DNA of 64,000 nt, from NCBI GenBank assembly GCA_964577805.1, contig CAZOAG010000001.1:27033-91032 (forward strand), in the 5' to 3' direction. Position 1 is the first letter of the stretch. Every line of letters starts with the position of its first letter. A model generated the notes under the pieces. The model was not told the origin of the DNA, made no database searches, and worked only from the letters and a program-made list of their open reading frames with translations. Shown piece by piece: positions 36,070-45,698 of this stretch. This DNA comes from an uncultured Opitutales bacterium. GTDB taxonomy: Bacteria > Verrucomicrobiota > Verrucomicrobiia > Opitutales > JAIRKQ01. The position numbers and the translations under genes were made by a program.

Positions 36070-37133
36070 CAGTTGCGATGTCAGGTGGCGTTGATAGTGC
36101 AGTTGCTGCATTATTATTAAAACGTGCTGGATATTATGTCCATGGAATATTCATGCGTACATGGAATGCGGACGATGATTCCAATCCGATATCTGATTGT
36201 CCATGGAGAAAGGATATGGAAGACGCTCGTTTAGCATGTGAAAGTATTGGGATGTCGTTTGAAGTGCTCAATATGATATCTCATTACCGCGAACATGTCG
36301 TCAAAGAATTGGTTGATGGTTATCGCAATGGAATCACGCCAAATCCAGATGTGTTATGTAATGCTCGCATAAAGTTTGGACTATTGAAGCAATATGCACT
36401 AGACAGCGGATATGATTATTTTGCAACAGGGCATTATTGTCGTCGTGTTGATCGAAAAGATGGTACAGTTGATATTTTTGAAGGGATCGATAAGAACAAG
36501 GATCAATCATATTTTTTAGCGATGTTATCGCAAGAACAGGTGGATCATTGTTTATTTCCTATTGGTGGGTTTGCCAAGCCGGATGTTCGACAAATTGCAG
36601 AAGATGCACAATTGCCAAACGCACAGAAAAAGGACAGTCAAGGAATTTGTTTTTTGGGAAAAGTTAAGGTTCAAGATTTTTTATCAGCATATATTCAAGA
36701 TAGTGATGGTGATATTGTTGATATTGATGGTCGTGTTCTTGGTCGACATCATGGATTATTCAGATTTACTCTAGGTCAGAGGCATGGAATAAATATTCCA
36801 TCGAATAAAGATTTTGCACATTATGTTGTTATTGGAAAAAATTTAGAAAAAAATCATTTGATTGTAGCATTGGAAGGTATTGATTGTCCTTGGTTATATC
36901 AACAAGAATTCTTTGTTCATGGGATTTCAACTATTAACGGCAAATTAGACGATGTTAAAGTGTTATTTGCTCGTCCGAGGTATCGTGATTCAGCATGCAG
37001 AATATCATTTGATAGGATTGATGATAATCGTGCGAAGATAGTATTCGATGTTCCGCAACGTGCGGTTGCAAGCGGTCAAATAATAGCATTTTATGACGGC
37101 GAATGCTTGTTGGGCGGTGCTGTTTTCGATTAA
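36051..37133 (+). CDS. mnmA: tRNA 2-thiouridine(34) synthase MnmA
   Basis: PP-loop AVAMSGGVDSAV, plus TPNPDVLCN and ATGHY. It overlaps the secA 3' end by 19 nt. Confidence 0.92.
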   Translation: MLRGKIAVAMSGGVDSAVAALLLKRAGYYVHGIFMRTWNADDDSNPISDCPWRKDMEDARLACESIGMSFEVLNMISHYREHVVKELVDGYRNGITPNPDVLCNARIKFGLLKQYALDSGYDYFATGHYCRRVDRKDGTVDIFEGIDKNKDQSYFLAMLSQEQVDHCLFPIGGFAKPDVRQIAEDAQLPNAQKKDSQGICFLGKVKVQDFLSAYIQDSDGDIVDIDGRVLGRHHGLFRFTLGQRHGINIPSNKDFAHYVVIGKNLEKNHLIVALEGIDCPWLYQQEFFVHGISTINGKLDDVKVLFARPRYRDSACRISFDRIDDNRAKIVFDVPQRAVASGQIIAFYDGECLLGGAVFD

Positions 37134-37180
37134 AGTTTTATTGATGCGTAATTTGTAGTGCTTTTAATTGATATTTATGA

Positions 37181-38020
37181 CTATCTAATATTTTTGACGA
37201 TATGATCTCGTTTGGATATTAGCAGTAATATAAAACCGCCTATTATTAAAAAAATCGAATAAAATTGTCCACGTGACATGTTATAAATCAATGGTGCATC
37301 TGGCTCTCTAAAACATTCTGTTAATATTCGTAATATGCCATATGCTATTAAAAATTTACTGGTTATGATGCCCGGGATTTTAGATTTTCTATTCCATAAT
37401 TGATGTTGTAAATAAACGAATAATAAAGCGCCTTCTAATAAACATTCATATAATTGTGATGGATGTCGTGCTGGAATCATTGTTATGTCAGATGCACATT
37501 GTGCGCTATTAGGGAAAATTACTCCCCATGGAACAGTTGTAATATTTCCAAAAAGTTCTCCATTGATAAAATTTGCTATTCTGCCGATAAAAAATCCAAT
37601 AGGTGCGATTGTTGAAATCAGATCTCCGATTTCTAATACTTTAAATTTATTACGTTTACAAAATATAAAAATTCCAAGTGCAACACCTATGAATCCGCCG
37701 TGACTGGACATTCCTCCATGCCAAATTGCAAAAATCTCTATAGGTGATGTTAGAAATACGTGAGGAGTGTATAATAAAATATATCCCAATCGTCCACCGG
37801 CAAGAACACCAATTATTATAAGAAACATCAATGATGAGTTTTCATCACATGACATTGGTGATATATTTTTTTTTGTGTAAAGATTAAGTAAAAATGATGC
37901 CAATATAAATGATAAAATGTAACAAACACCATACCACTTGATACCTTCTACAAAACAGTCGCTTCCAAAGCGTATAATAAATGGGTCGATATTATGAATA
38001 TAGTATCCTAATGATATCAT
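37181..38020 (-). CDS. lgt: Prolipoprotein diacylglyceryl transferase
   Basis: Contains GGMSSHGG, GRIANFINGELFG and HPSQLYE. Confidence 0.92.
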   Translation of the reverse strand: MISLGYYIHNIDPFIIRFGSDCFVEGIKWYGVCYILSFILASFLLNLYTKKNISPMSCDENSSLMFLIIIGVLAGGRLGYILLYTPHVFLTSPIEIFAIWHGGMSSHGGFIGVALGIFIFCKRNKFKVLEIGDLISTIAPIGFFIGRIANFINGELFGNITTVPWGVIFPNSAQCASDITMIPARHPSQLYECLLEGALLFVYLQHQLWNRKSKIPGIITSKFLIAYGILRILTECFREPDAPLIYNMSRGQFYSIFLIIGGFILLLISKRDHIVKNIR

Positions 38021-39237
38021 TCTGACTCCATGGAAAATCGTTTATGTTTGCGCAATGATATAAATCCTACAGTTGATATTAGAATCAACAACGATGCTAA
38101 TATGCTGATTTGACTCAAAGTAAAGTAATGCAACAGGCTGTATCCTATAAATGGGGATACAAATCCTCGCAATCCGGCAATAGCGACATTAGCACTCATA
38201 TATGCACTAAATTGATCCTTCGGTGCGATTTTAGTCACCCATAAACACCATACGATCTCACTGCCACCATAAGCAATCCCAATTAAAATTGATGCTAGCG
38301 ATATTATTCCATGAGATCGTGAATTGAAAAATAACAATAGTCCGAGCACCATGAAACAATTTACCATTATTTTTACTGTGATGATCTTGGTGTTGTCGAA
38401 TAATTTTCCCCAGGCACATGAGCTCAATATGCGACATCCGAAAGGAATTGTTATGCATGCTAGTGTTTCAAAAAAATTCGATGCATTAATCCCGTATGAT
38501 GGATTTACCAAATATTCTGTTCGCAGTGGTTTTGTCATTTGATTAGCGATGCCAGCGAATGTCCACCACATGATCATTGTTCCAAATAACTTATCTTTGG
38601 CGACTAGTTTGAAGTTAGAAAATATTGAATGGTCCGTTCTTGCAGGCAATATTCGTGATGGTATTTTTGAAAATGAAAAGGCAGATCCTATAGCAGCTAT
38701 AGCAACGACTAACAATATTAACCGATAATTTTGTAAGTTTATATCCATTAATTTCCCGCCAATTGGAGAAAATAATAATGTTGGTATTGGCAGTATCATT
38801 AGAACAAGCGATAGCCGCCCACCACGTTCTTTTGATGAATAATTCTGTCCATAAACATCTGCCATCAATGGTGCAGGTTGTTTAAAAAATATCATTCCTA
38901 ACATTATAAACAATAGGAACCCTGAAAATGTATTTGATAGCATGGCTATAAATGTAGCAATTGATACTGATAACATGTAATATTTGCAAAAGTCTGTTAC
39001 TTTTAGTTTTGATGATTTCGATACTAATAATTGTGTAAATGGGGTTATGAAATACCCAATGAACCATGCAGAAGTTAGAAGAGATTTTGTCAATTTTGAA
39101 GCGTGGAATACTCTTATTGCGACCAATAGAGCAAAGGCATTAAATCCTGCTTCTATTAATCCTGCGCAAAAACAACGACAGCTATCAAATAAGAATGTTT
39201 TTTTTGCGATGTCAGTTTTTGAGAAATTCTCAAACAT
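38017..39237 (-). CDS. MFS-type transporter
   Basis: 406 aa with about 11-12 hydrophobic spans. Its stop overlaps the lgt start (ATGA). The call is made only from topology and a weak motif-A-like PIGGKLMD. Confidence 0.5.
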   Translation of the reverse strand: MFENFSKTDIAKKTFLFDSCRCFCAGLIEAGFNAFALLVAIRVFHASKLTKSLLTSAWFIGYFITPFTQLLVSKSSKLKVTDFCKYYMLSVSIATFIAMLSNTFSGFLLFIMLGMIFFKQPAPLMADVYGQNYSSKERGGRLSLVLMILPIPTLLFSPIGGKLMDINLQNYRLILLVVAIAAIGSAFSFSKIPSRILPARTDHSIFSNFKLVAKDKLFGTMIMWWTFAGIANQMTKPLRTEYLVNPSYGINASNFFETLACITIPFGCRILSSCAWGKLFDNTKIITVKIMVNCFMVLGLLLFFNSRSHGIISLASILIGIAYGGSEIVWCLWVTKIAPKDQFSAYMSANVAIAGLRGFVSPFIGYSLLHYFTLSQISILASLLILISTVGFISLRKHKRFSMESE

Positions 39238-39365
39238 AAACAGTCACCAACAATGGCATATCTTTTGAAAATGCAAGCTTTCCTGCGTTGTTTGTGGTAT
39301 TTTATTGATATATATAATTAAGATATATGCAAAATATTACGATTCGTCAAATTGTGCAGATATGT

Positions 39366-39851
39366 TCAACGAGAATGTCGTACAGCAGACGCTATTGCCC
39401 TTTGAGCTTCACGTAATGCCTCGTTTTTTTTCAGTGCTTCACGTTTGTCAAAAAGTTTTTTACCCTTGCAAATGGCAATTTCTAACTTTATCAATCGATG
39501 TTTTAAGTACATCCTTATTGGAAGGATTGACATTTTATCACGTTCGATTGCATTGAGAATTTTTCTTATCTCTTGTTTGTGTAAAAGAATACGACGTTGT
39601 CGTGTCGTGTTTTGTTCTGAACTGTCAGTAAATTTATATTCTGATATATGTGCGTTCAATAAAAACAAATTATGATGTTTATCTGGCATGATAAATGCGT
39701 CATTGATTTGACAATGCCCAAGCCGTATAGATTTTACTTCTGCTCCTGTTAAAACAACGCCACATTCGAATTTTTCACCGATAAAATAATCATGCGATGC
39801 TTTTTTATTACGGATCTCTGTTGTTCGAATATTTTGTTTGTTATTTGCCAT
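39366..39851 (-). CDS. smpB: SsrA-binding protein SmpB
   Basis: Contains NKKASHDYFIGEKFECGVVLTGAEVKSIR and a basic C-terminal tail. 161 aa. Confidence 0.92.
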   Translation of the reverse strand: MANNKQNIRTTEIRNKKASHDYFIGEKFECGVVLTGAEVKSIRLGHCQINDAFIMPDKHHNLFLLNAHISEYKFTDSSEQNTTRQRRILLHKQEIRKILNAIERDKMSILPIRMYLKHRLIKLEIAICKGKKLFDKREALKKNEALREAQRAIASAVRHSR

Positions 39852-39857
39852 TCCTTA

Positions 39858-40079
39858 TTACATCGATGTTATAGCTTCAGTATTGTTGCGAAGATCATAC
39901 GTAATTTTTCCTTCTATGATTTCACGCAATGCAATATCTTCGTTGTCCAATTTCTCAAGGGAGTCGATCAACGGACGGGCACCGGCTTTTAATTGTTTTA
40001 CACGACGAGAAACAACATTAATGAGGATATTCGGTTCTCTTATGATAGCAGATGCAGCTTTTAAGTAATCACTTCTCAT
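39858..40079 (-). CDS. rpoZ: RNA polymerase omega subunit (non-proteobacterial type)
   Basis: 73 aa. The segment NILINVVSRRVKQLKAGARPLI...DIALREIIEGKI fits the omega pattern (..l...vs.R..QL..G..p......iAl.Ei..gki). Confidence 0.6.
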   Translation of the reverse strand: MRSDYLKAASAIIREPNILINVVSRRVKQLKAGARPLIDSLEKLDNEDIALREIIEGKITYDLRNNTEAITSM

Positions 40080-40119
40080 GACGAAAATCTAACAAATACG
40101 AAGGAAGTTGACGATTTTT

Positions 40120-41439
40120 ATGATGTCAATCTTTAATATTGCTTTTTTGATGAAATTGCGCGTTGTTTGTCATGGCATGTTAACAGACAGACGAAATAAG
40201 GTGATTGTTTTTATTATGGCGTGCTTCTTGTCGGTGTTTGGGTTTGCTGGTCAATCCGCTGGCATAGCGGGGATTACCAGTGCTATTTTAGCAACAACAG
40301 GAATATCTCGTAATGTCTTTAGCATGATTTATATGATATCAATGTTGGTCGGTGGATGCCTAGTATTATTTGGTGGATCTATTGTCGATAGAATAGGGAT
40401 ACGTCGTTCTGCGATATATGTTTTGGTTTTGTGGACGATGGTATTATCGTTTATGGCATGTAGCTTTGTATTATTTCGGAATATATTTTCAGGATTTGTT
40501 GATCAGCAGTCATATTTTATTGTAGTTCTGTTTATAGGTCTGTCAACATTGCGATTTTTAGGAAAAAATATGATGCCATTGATCGGTCGTATGCAGGTAG
40601 TATCAACATTCGACACTAATAAAGGAATTGCAGTTGCAGTGAGTGGAATATGTGTGTCGATTACGACTGGTCTTGCTCCAAGCGTGATGTATGGACTATC
40701 TGGTGGTTCCCAATGGCAAGTATCTTATGGTGTTCTGAGTATTGTTAGTGTTGTCGCTGTATTATTATTTATTCGATATTTTTATCCAATTAATTGTGGG
40801 AAAAAACATCATACTGATAACAGCACAACAAATATAAGTGAGAATTTCGAAAAGGTATTTTCTAGACGATATTTATTATGCCAATTGAAGTTTTGGTGTG
40901 TAGCTAGTGTTATTATTATGAATTCATTTATTGGAGGAGGATTGGCTGTTCATATCGTTGATATTTTTGCAGAGAAAGGGGTGGCATGTGAGGTAGCAAT
41001 ACGTAGTTATTTTTATTTGAGCATTGCTACTATAATATCGCATATGGTTTTTGGCCGTATTTTTGATAAACGCGGTGTAAAGAATTGTATCATCATTATG
41101 TTGTGTTTACAGTTTTTTGGACTTACTGGCCTTGATAATGGCAATTATTTTTGTGGGCTGGCATTATATGTTATTTGTATAGGTGCAACATGGGGAGCAT
41201 ATAATGCGTTACTGACAGCAGCATGGCATAAATTATTTGGAGCACAAAATATGGGGACTATTTTGGGATTAGTATGCTTTATGTCGACGATAGTCAGTTC
41301 ATTTAGTGTTCCATTGATGAGTTTTTCTAAAAGTATTTTTGGTTCGTATTTTGTACTCATGCGATGTATTATGATAGTAATAGCATGTTTAATAATGTTC
41401 ACAGTATGGCGGTTTCCTAGTGATATTAAAAAATGTTGA
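40120..41439 (+). CDS. MFS transporter
   Basis: 12-TM profile with MFS motif A, GGSIVDRIGIRRS (GxxxDRxGRR). ATG at 40120 lies 12 nt after AAGGAAG. TTG at 40108 is an alternative start. Confidence 0.65.
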   Translation: MMSIFNIAFLMKLRVVCHGMLTDRRNKVIVFIMACFLSVFGFAGQSAGIAGITSAILATTGISRNVFSMIYMISMLVGGCLVLFGGSIVDRIGIRRSAIYVLVLWTMVLSFMACSFVLFRNIFSGFVDQQSYFIVVLFIGLSTLRFLGKNMMPLIGRMQVVSTFDTNKGIAVAVSGICVSITTGLAPSVMYGLSGGSQWQVSYGVLSIVSVVAVLLFIRYFYPINCGKKHHTDNSTTNISENFEKVFSRRYLLCQLKFWCVASVIIMNSFIGGGLAVHIVDIFAEKGVACEVAIRSYFYLSIATIISHMVFGRIFDKRGVKNCIIIMLCLQFFGLTGLDNGNYFCGLALYVICIGATWGAYNALLTAAWHKLFGAQNMGTILGLVCFMSTIVSSFSVPLMSFSKSIFGSYFVLMRCIMIVIACLIMFTVWRFPSDIKKC

Positions 41440-41570
41440 TGTTTCGATATATGATAATTTTTTATTGCCAATATTTGTAATTGTTAGTTGTCCTGATTTG
41501 TTGTTTGTTTGATCTTGATTTTATGTGGTATTTTGATAAAGTTTGCTATTCGAGTTTTAAAGAAGTACGT

Positions 41571-42449
41571 ATGAGCAAATCGGTTTATGGTAGGCTAAGT
41601 AATTTGTTGGTTGTGTTAGCGATGTCATTGTTGGCAGGATGTGGCAAAGTAGATTTGTTGTCGAATTTGCCAGAGAAGGAAGCAAATGAGATCCTGTCTG
41701 TCATGCAGCAGCATAGTATAAGTGTGTCCAAAAAAGCAGGTACTGAAATGACATGGACAGTAACACTCAATGATAAGAGTAATTTTTCTAAAGCAGTGGA
41801 GATTTTAAATGCTAAGGGATATCCCAATACTCCATATGTTACAATTGGACAAGTGTTCCAAAAGAGTGGATTAGTATCATCTCCATTGGAAGAGCGTGCG
41901 CGTTATATGTATGCATTGTCAGAAGATATTTCTCAAACATTGAGCCAAATTCCTGGTGTGTTGCAATCACGTGTACATATTGTCTTGCCTGAAAAAGATG
42001 CATATACTGATGCAGAAACACCGGCATCTGCTGCTGTTTTCATTACATATAAATCAGGTGGTACATTGGATGAATCTGTGCGCGAAATTAAATATCTCGT
42101 AGCTAATAGTGTGCAGGGGCTAGATTACGACCGTGTATCAATAGCTTTGTTTCCTGTATCATTTGATGATAGTGCGACAGAAAATATTCTTATTGATGAA
42201 AATGTTAATGTCATGGGACTTAGCATGGCACATGATTCTGCATCGAAATTTTTGGCGATAATTTTAGTAATGTCTGTTGTATTGTTGGGTGCGATTGGTG
42301 TTGCTATTTATTTATTTATCAGGCATAGAAAGCCGAATGTTAGCAATTCTAATGTTTCTGCAAATTCGCCAGTTGTTGTTCAGAAAAATAATGATAACAT
42401 GTCGATTAATGAATTAGATGAAATGCCAGATAATGATACTACAAAATAG
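41571..42449 (+). CDS. sctJ: T3SS inner-membrane ring lipoprotein SctJ (YscJ/HrcJ family)
   Basis: Has the lipobox SLLAG|CGKVDLLSNLPEKEANEILSVMQQHSISVSKK, which parallels the YscJ N-terminus. It also has a single C-terminal TM (FLAIILVMSVVLLGAIGVAIYLFI). Confidence 0.85.
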   Translation: MSKSVYGRLSNLLVVLAMSLLAGCGKVDLLSNLPEKEANEILSVMQQHSISVSKKAGTEMTWTVTLNDKSNFSKAVEILNAKGYPNTPYVTIGQVFQKSGLVSSPLEERARYMYALSEDISQTLSQIPGVLQSRVHIVLPEKDAYTDAETPASAAVFITYKSGGTLDESVREIKYLVANSVQGLDYDRVSIALFPVSFDDSATENILIDENVNVMGLSMAHDSASKFLAIILVMSVVLLGAIGVAIYLFIRHRKPNVSNSNVSANSPVVVQKNNDNMSINELDEMPDNDTTK

Positions 42450-42473
42450 TATCATATAATTGAAAGATGTTTT

Positions 42474-43133
42474 ATGGACGGAAAAATTAACAATGTCCAA
42501 GAAATATTAAACAGTGATTTTGATTACTTCAAGAGATGGTATGACTTTAATTTCAATATTGAAAAATATTTATCTGAACAGCAGAGAGAATCTCTTATTT
42601 TGAACGATTTGTCGAATGTTCAGAAGATATTATTATCTGATCGGTGTCATAGTACCATTGTGCGAAAAGAATTATTGGAAAAATTACAATTGAGCACAGT
42701 GATTGATTATGATATACGGTTGCCTATCGTTCGATTTGTCATCGATAATCTTGAATTGTTGAAAAAGGCCATGCTAATAGCTGGTGCAATGTTTTGTCAT
42801 CAAGACATTTTAAAAATCATTAGTAAAAAGTCATTGATAGCGGTAATAGAGCAAATTGGGCAGGATGTATATGAATTCATTGTCAAGCGGAGCATGATGT
42901 TAAGGAAGATTCTTCCTGATGTTAGTTTCAATGTTCATACAAGTGATATGTCAGAAAAAATAAAATCCATCGGTGAAAAAATATTATGCATGTCATTAAT
43001 TGGATTGCCATGTGAAATAAAAAAACGGTTATATTTGGTAATTGGGAAAGATTTGAATATTCCTGAGCAAGGTGATGTAGAAGTGAGTAAAAAATGTTTG
43101 GAGTTGATGACGTTCGCTAGGGATAAAATATAG
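42474..43133 (+). CDS. Hypothetical protein in the SctK position (sorting-platform candidate)
   Basis: 219-aa soluble ORF between sctJ and sctL, similar in size to YscK (roughly 200 aa as I recall). Assigned by synteny only; no motif recognised. Confidence 0.35.
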   Translation: MDGKINNVQEILNSDFDYFKRWYDFNFNIEKYLSEQQRESLILNDLSNVQKILLSDRCHSTIVRKELLEKLQLSTVIDYDIRLPIVRFVIDNLELLKKAMLIAGAMFCHQDILKIISKKSLIAVIEQIGQDVYEFIVKRSMMLRKILPDVSFNVHTSDMSEKIKSIGEKILCMSLIGLPCEIKKRLYLVIGKDLNIPEQGDVEVSKKCLELMTFARDKI

Positions 43134-43147
43134 AAAGAGAATGGTCT

Positions 43148-43837
43148 ATGGCGGGACATAATGATATTTACGAGATCAATTTGAACGGGTTTGATGTAGC
43201 TACAGGAGGTAAGGTATTAAAAGCAAGTTCTTATGCTACGTTTAATAACTGTAGGGAAATGATATCGTCAGTAAAAGGAAAATGCGATGCTCTTGTACAA
43301 GAAGCACAAAAGGAAAGTGATAATATCATTCATCGTGCACATGAACAAGCTGCTAAAATTCTAGAAGATGCAAATGTTTCAAAAAAAGAACAAGAGAAAC
43401 GTGGATATGAAGATGGAATGGAGCAGGGCAAACAAGAGATTGCTAATACAATGATGGATTTTGTAACAAAAAGTTCTAGTAGTTTTTCGAAATTGGAATC
43501 TGATGTTACTGATGTTGTCAAAATGGCACTTCGTAAAATAATAGGAAAAATCGACAAACAAGAATTGATCGTAAGTGTAGTAAAAAATTCTTTGCAAAAG
43601 ATAAAAATGCAAAAACATGCAACATTAAAAGTTGCTCCTGTTGATGCTCCATTATTACGTGATAAGATTACAGAGCTTACACAAGATACTCCGATGATAG
43701 AATTTTTAGATGTTTGTGCTGATGCTCATTTGGAACAGGGTGCATGTATTTTGGAGACAGAATTAGGAGTGGTAGATGCAAGTATTCCTGTTCAATTGGA
43801 AGCGATAGAAAATGCATTAGTTAATGTGAAATCTTGA
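43148..43837 (+). CDS. sctL: T3SS stator protein SctL (YscL/HrpE/FliH family)
   Basis: 229 aa immediately upstream of the ATPase. It has a charged coiled-coil N-half (AQKESDNIIHRAHEQAAKILEDANVSKKEQEKRGYEDGMEQGKQE), as in FliH/SctL, and a C-terminal globular part. Confidence 0.7.
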   Translation: MAGHNDIYEINLNGFDVATGGKVLKASSYATFNNCREMISSVKGKCDALVQEAQKESDNIIHRAHEQAAKILEDANVSKKEQEKRGYEDGMEQGKQEIANTMMDFVTKSSSSFSKLESDVTDVVKMALRKIIGKIDKQELIVSVVKNSLQKIKMQKHATLKVAPVDAPLLRDKITELTQDTPMIEFLDVCADAHLEQGACILETELGVVDASIPVQLEAIENALVNVKS

Positions 43838-43852
43838 TGGAGAAAAATATAT

Positions 43853-45202
43853 ATGAGCGATGTTAATGATAATAGCAATCCATTTGGATATATTACCGAT
43901 CAATTGGAACAATCCATAGAAGATTCTACTTTAGTACAAGTAAAGGGAAAAGTTTTACAGGTTATTGGTACAATTATCAAAGCATCTGTTCCAGGTGTAA
44001 AAATTGGTGAATTGTGTATATTAAAAAATCCATGGGAAGATACTGAATTGATGGCAGAAGTTGTTGGATTTTCCAATGATGCATCTGTATTGAGTCCTAT
44101 TGGAGATTTGCGTGGTGTTTCGGCATCCACAGAAGTAATTCCTACAGGGAAGGTACATATGGTTCCTGTAGGAGATTGTTTGTTGGGTCGTGTTGTTGAT
44201 GGACTTGGTAGACCATTGGATTTATCAACGAAGGGTCCATTGACGACAGATGAATTTTATCCTGTTTATAATGATCCACCGAATGCTATGTTACGTAATC
44301 CTATTGATAAGCCATTAGCATTGGGTGTTCGTGCGTTGGATGGGTTATTGACATGCGGAGAAGGACAACGTTTTGGTATTTTTGCTGCTGCCGGTGGTGG
44401 TAAAAGTACGTTATTAGCCCAGATCATTCGTAATACTGCTGCTGAAGTAAATGTATTGGCATTGGTAGGGGAACGTGGACGTGAGGTACGAGAGTTTGTA
44501 GAAAAGGATCTTGGAGAAGAAGGATTGAAACGGTCCGTATTGGTTATCGCAACGTCTGACCGTTCATCAATGGAACGTTTGAAAGCAGCATATGCAGCAA
44601 CTGCTATTGCAGAGTATTTTCGTGATAAAGGACGTAAGGTTCTTTTAATGATGGACTCTGTCACTCGTTTTGCGCGTGCTAAACGTGAAATCGGACTTGC
44701 TGCTGGTGAGCCGCCTACTCGTCGAGGATTTCCTCCGTCTGTATTTGAAGAGTTGCCGAAATTGATGGAACGTGCAGGACAGTCAGAAAAAGGTTCCATT
44801 ACAGCGCTTTATACAGTGCTTGTAGAAGGTGATGATATGACTGAGCCTATAGCTGATGAAACGCGATCAATTACTGATGGTCATATTGTATTGTCACGAA
44901 AATTAGCAGGTATGAACCATTATCCCGCTATAGATATTTTGGCCAGTGTTAGTCGTGTATTTAATCAAGTAACTGATGAGCGGCATAAAAAAGTGGCATC
45001 GAAATTACGTACAATTCTATCAAAATATCAAGAAGTAGAGTTGTTAGTAAGAATTGGTGAATATAAGCGAGGAGCAGATAAGGTTACAGATGAAGCGATT
45101 GACAGAATTGAAGGTGTTAATAATTTTTTAAAACAGGGATTGAGTGAAAAAGATGATTTTAATGTAACAATTGATAAAATGGCAAAAGCTGTTGGTTTGT
45201 AA
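43853..45202 (+). CDS. sctN: T3SS ATPase SctN
   Basis: Walker [15 protein letters not shown], Walker [15 protein letters not shown], plus [35 protein letters not shown]. 449 aa. Confidence 0.93.
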   Translation: MSDVNDNSNPFGYITDQLEQSIEDSTLVQVKGKVLQVIGTIIKASVPGVKIGELCILKNPWEDTELMAEVVGFSNDASVLSPIGDLRGVSASTEVIPTGKVHMVPVGDCLLGRVVDGLGRPLDLSTKGPLTTDEFYPVYNDPPNAMLRNPIDKPLALGVRALDGLLTCGEGQRFGIFAAAGGGKSTLLAQIIRNTAAEVNVLALVGERGREVREFVEKDLGEEGLKRSVLVIATSDRSSMERLKAAYAATAIAEYFRDKGRKVLLMMDSVTRFARAKREIGLAAGEPPTRRGFPPSVFEELPKLMERAGQSEKGSITALYTVLVEGDDMTEPIADETRSITDGHIVLSRKLAGMNHYPAIDILASVSRVFNQVTDERHKKVASKLRTILSKYQEVELLVRIGEYKRGADKVTDEAIDRIEGVNNFLKQGLSEKDDFNVTIDKMAKAVGL

Positions 45203-45678
45203 TGGCTAAATATATTTTGGAGGAAATGTTACGTGTTCGCAAGTTCCGAAAGGATGTTGCTGAGAAAAATTTAAAACAGGCGCAAGTATTAGTCGTTGAG
45301 GCAGAAAATAATGTAGCAAAAGCAGAAAAAGCACTTGAAGATTTTAAAGCATTCATGGAAAAAGAGTCAGAAAGATTGTATCAAAAAATCATGATGCAAA
45401 AAGTAAAGAAGGGAGCGGTGGATGAGCTACATTATGCCATAAAGATCCTCAAGAATAAATTGATTACTCATGAACAAGCATTGGAGACGGAAAAATCAAA
45501 TTTAGAAAAGGCTAAAAAAAATCTTGAGGAGAAAAAGATAGAGTTACAGGATGCTAGTAAGAATGTAGAAAAAATAGAATCACATAAAGAAGAATGGATA
45601 AAAGAGGCTAATAAGATTGATGAAATGGTAGCTGATAAAGAACTTGAAGAATTTGCAAAAAAAAGAAAATTGGATTAA
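45202..45678 (+). CDS. sctO: T3SS stalk protein SctO-like (YscO/FliJ-like coiled coil)
   Basis: 158 aa, entirely Lys/Glu-rich heptad-like. Its ATG shares one nt with the sctN stop (TAATG). Position after sctN. Confidence 0.6.
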   Translation: MAKYILEEMLRVRKFRKDVAEKNLKQAQVLVVEAENNVAKAEKALEDFKAFMEKESERLYQKIMMQKVKKGAVDELHYAIKILKNKLITHEQALETEKSNLEKAKKNLEEKKIELQDASKNVEKIESHKEEWIKEANKIDEMVADKELEEFAKKRKLD

Positions 45679-45698
45679 CCTGTTACGGGAGATAGACG

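Noticed and set aside
39238..39365. Possibility of a tmRNA (ssrA) gene beside smpB, or of RNase P, SRP or 6S RNAs in the longer spacers (7050-7310, 8864-9112, 15423-15802, 54431-54752, 57018-57252)
   Set aside because: The spacer next to smpB is only 128 bp. I saw none of the diagnostic motifs in any spacer: no GAGGAAAGTCC for RNase P, no GGUCCGGAAGGAAGCAGCC-like SRP domain IV, and no tRNA-like tmRNA ends. A covariance-model scan (Infernal/Rfam) would be the proper test.
44266..44799. 177-aa minus-strand ORF inside sctN, and a 142-aa ORF at 45710..46138 inside sctP
   Set aside because: These are shadow ORFs opposite strongly supported or syntenic genes. The sctP one merely mirrors the tandem repeat.
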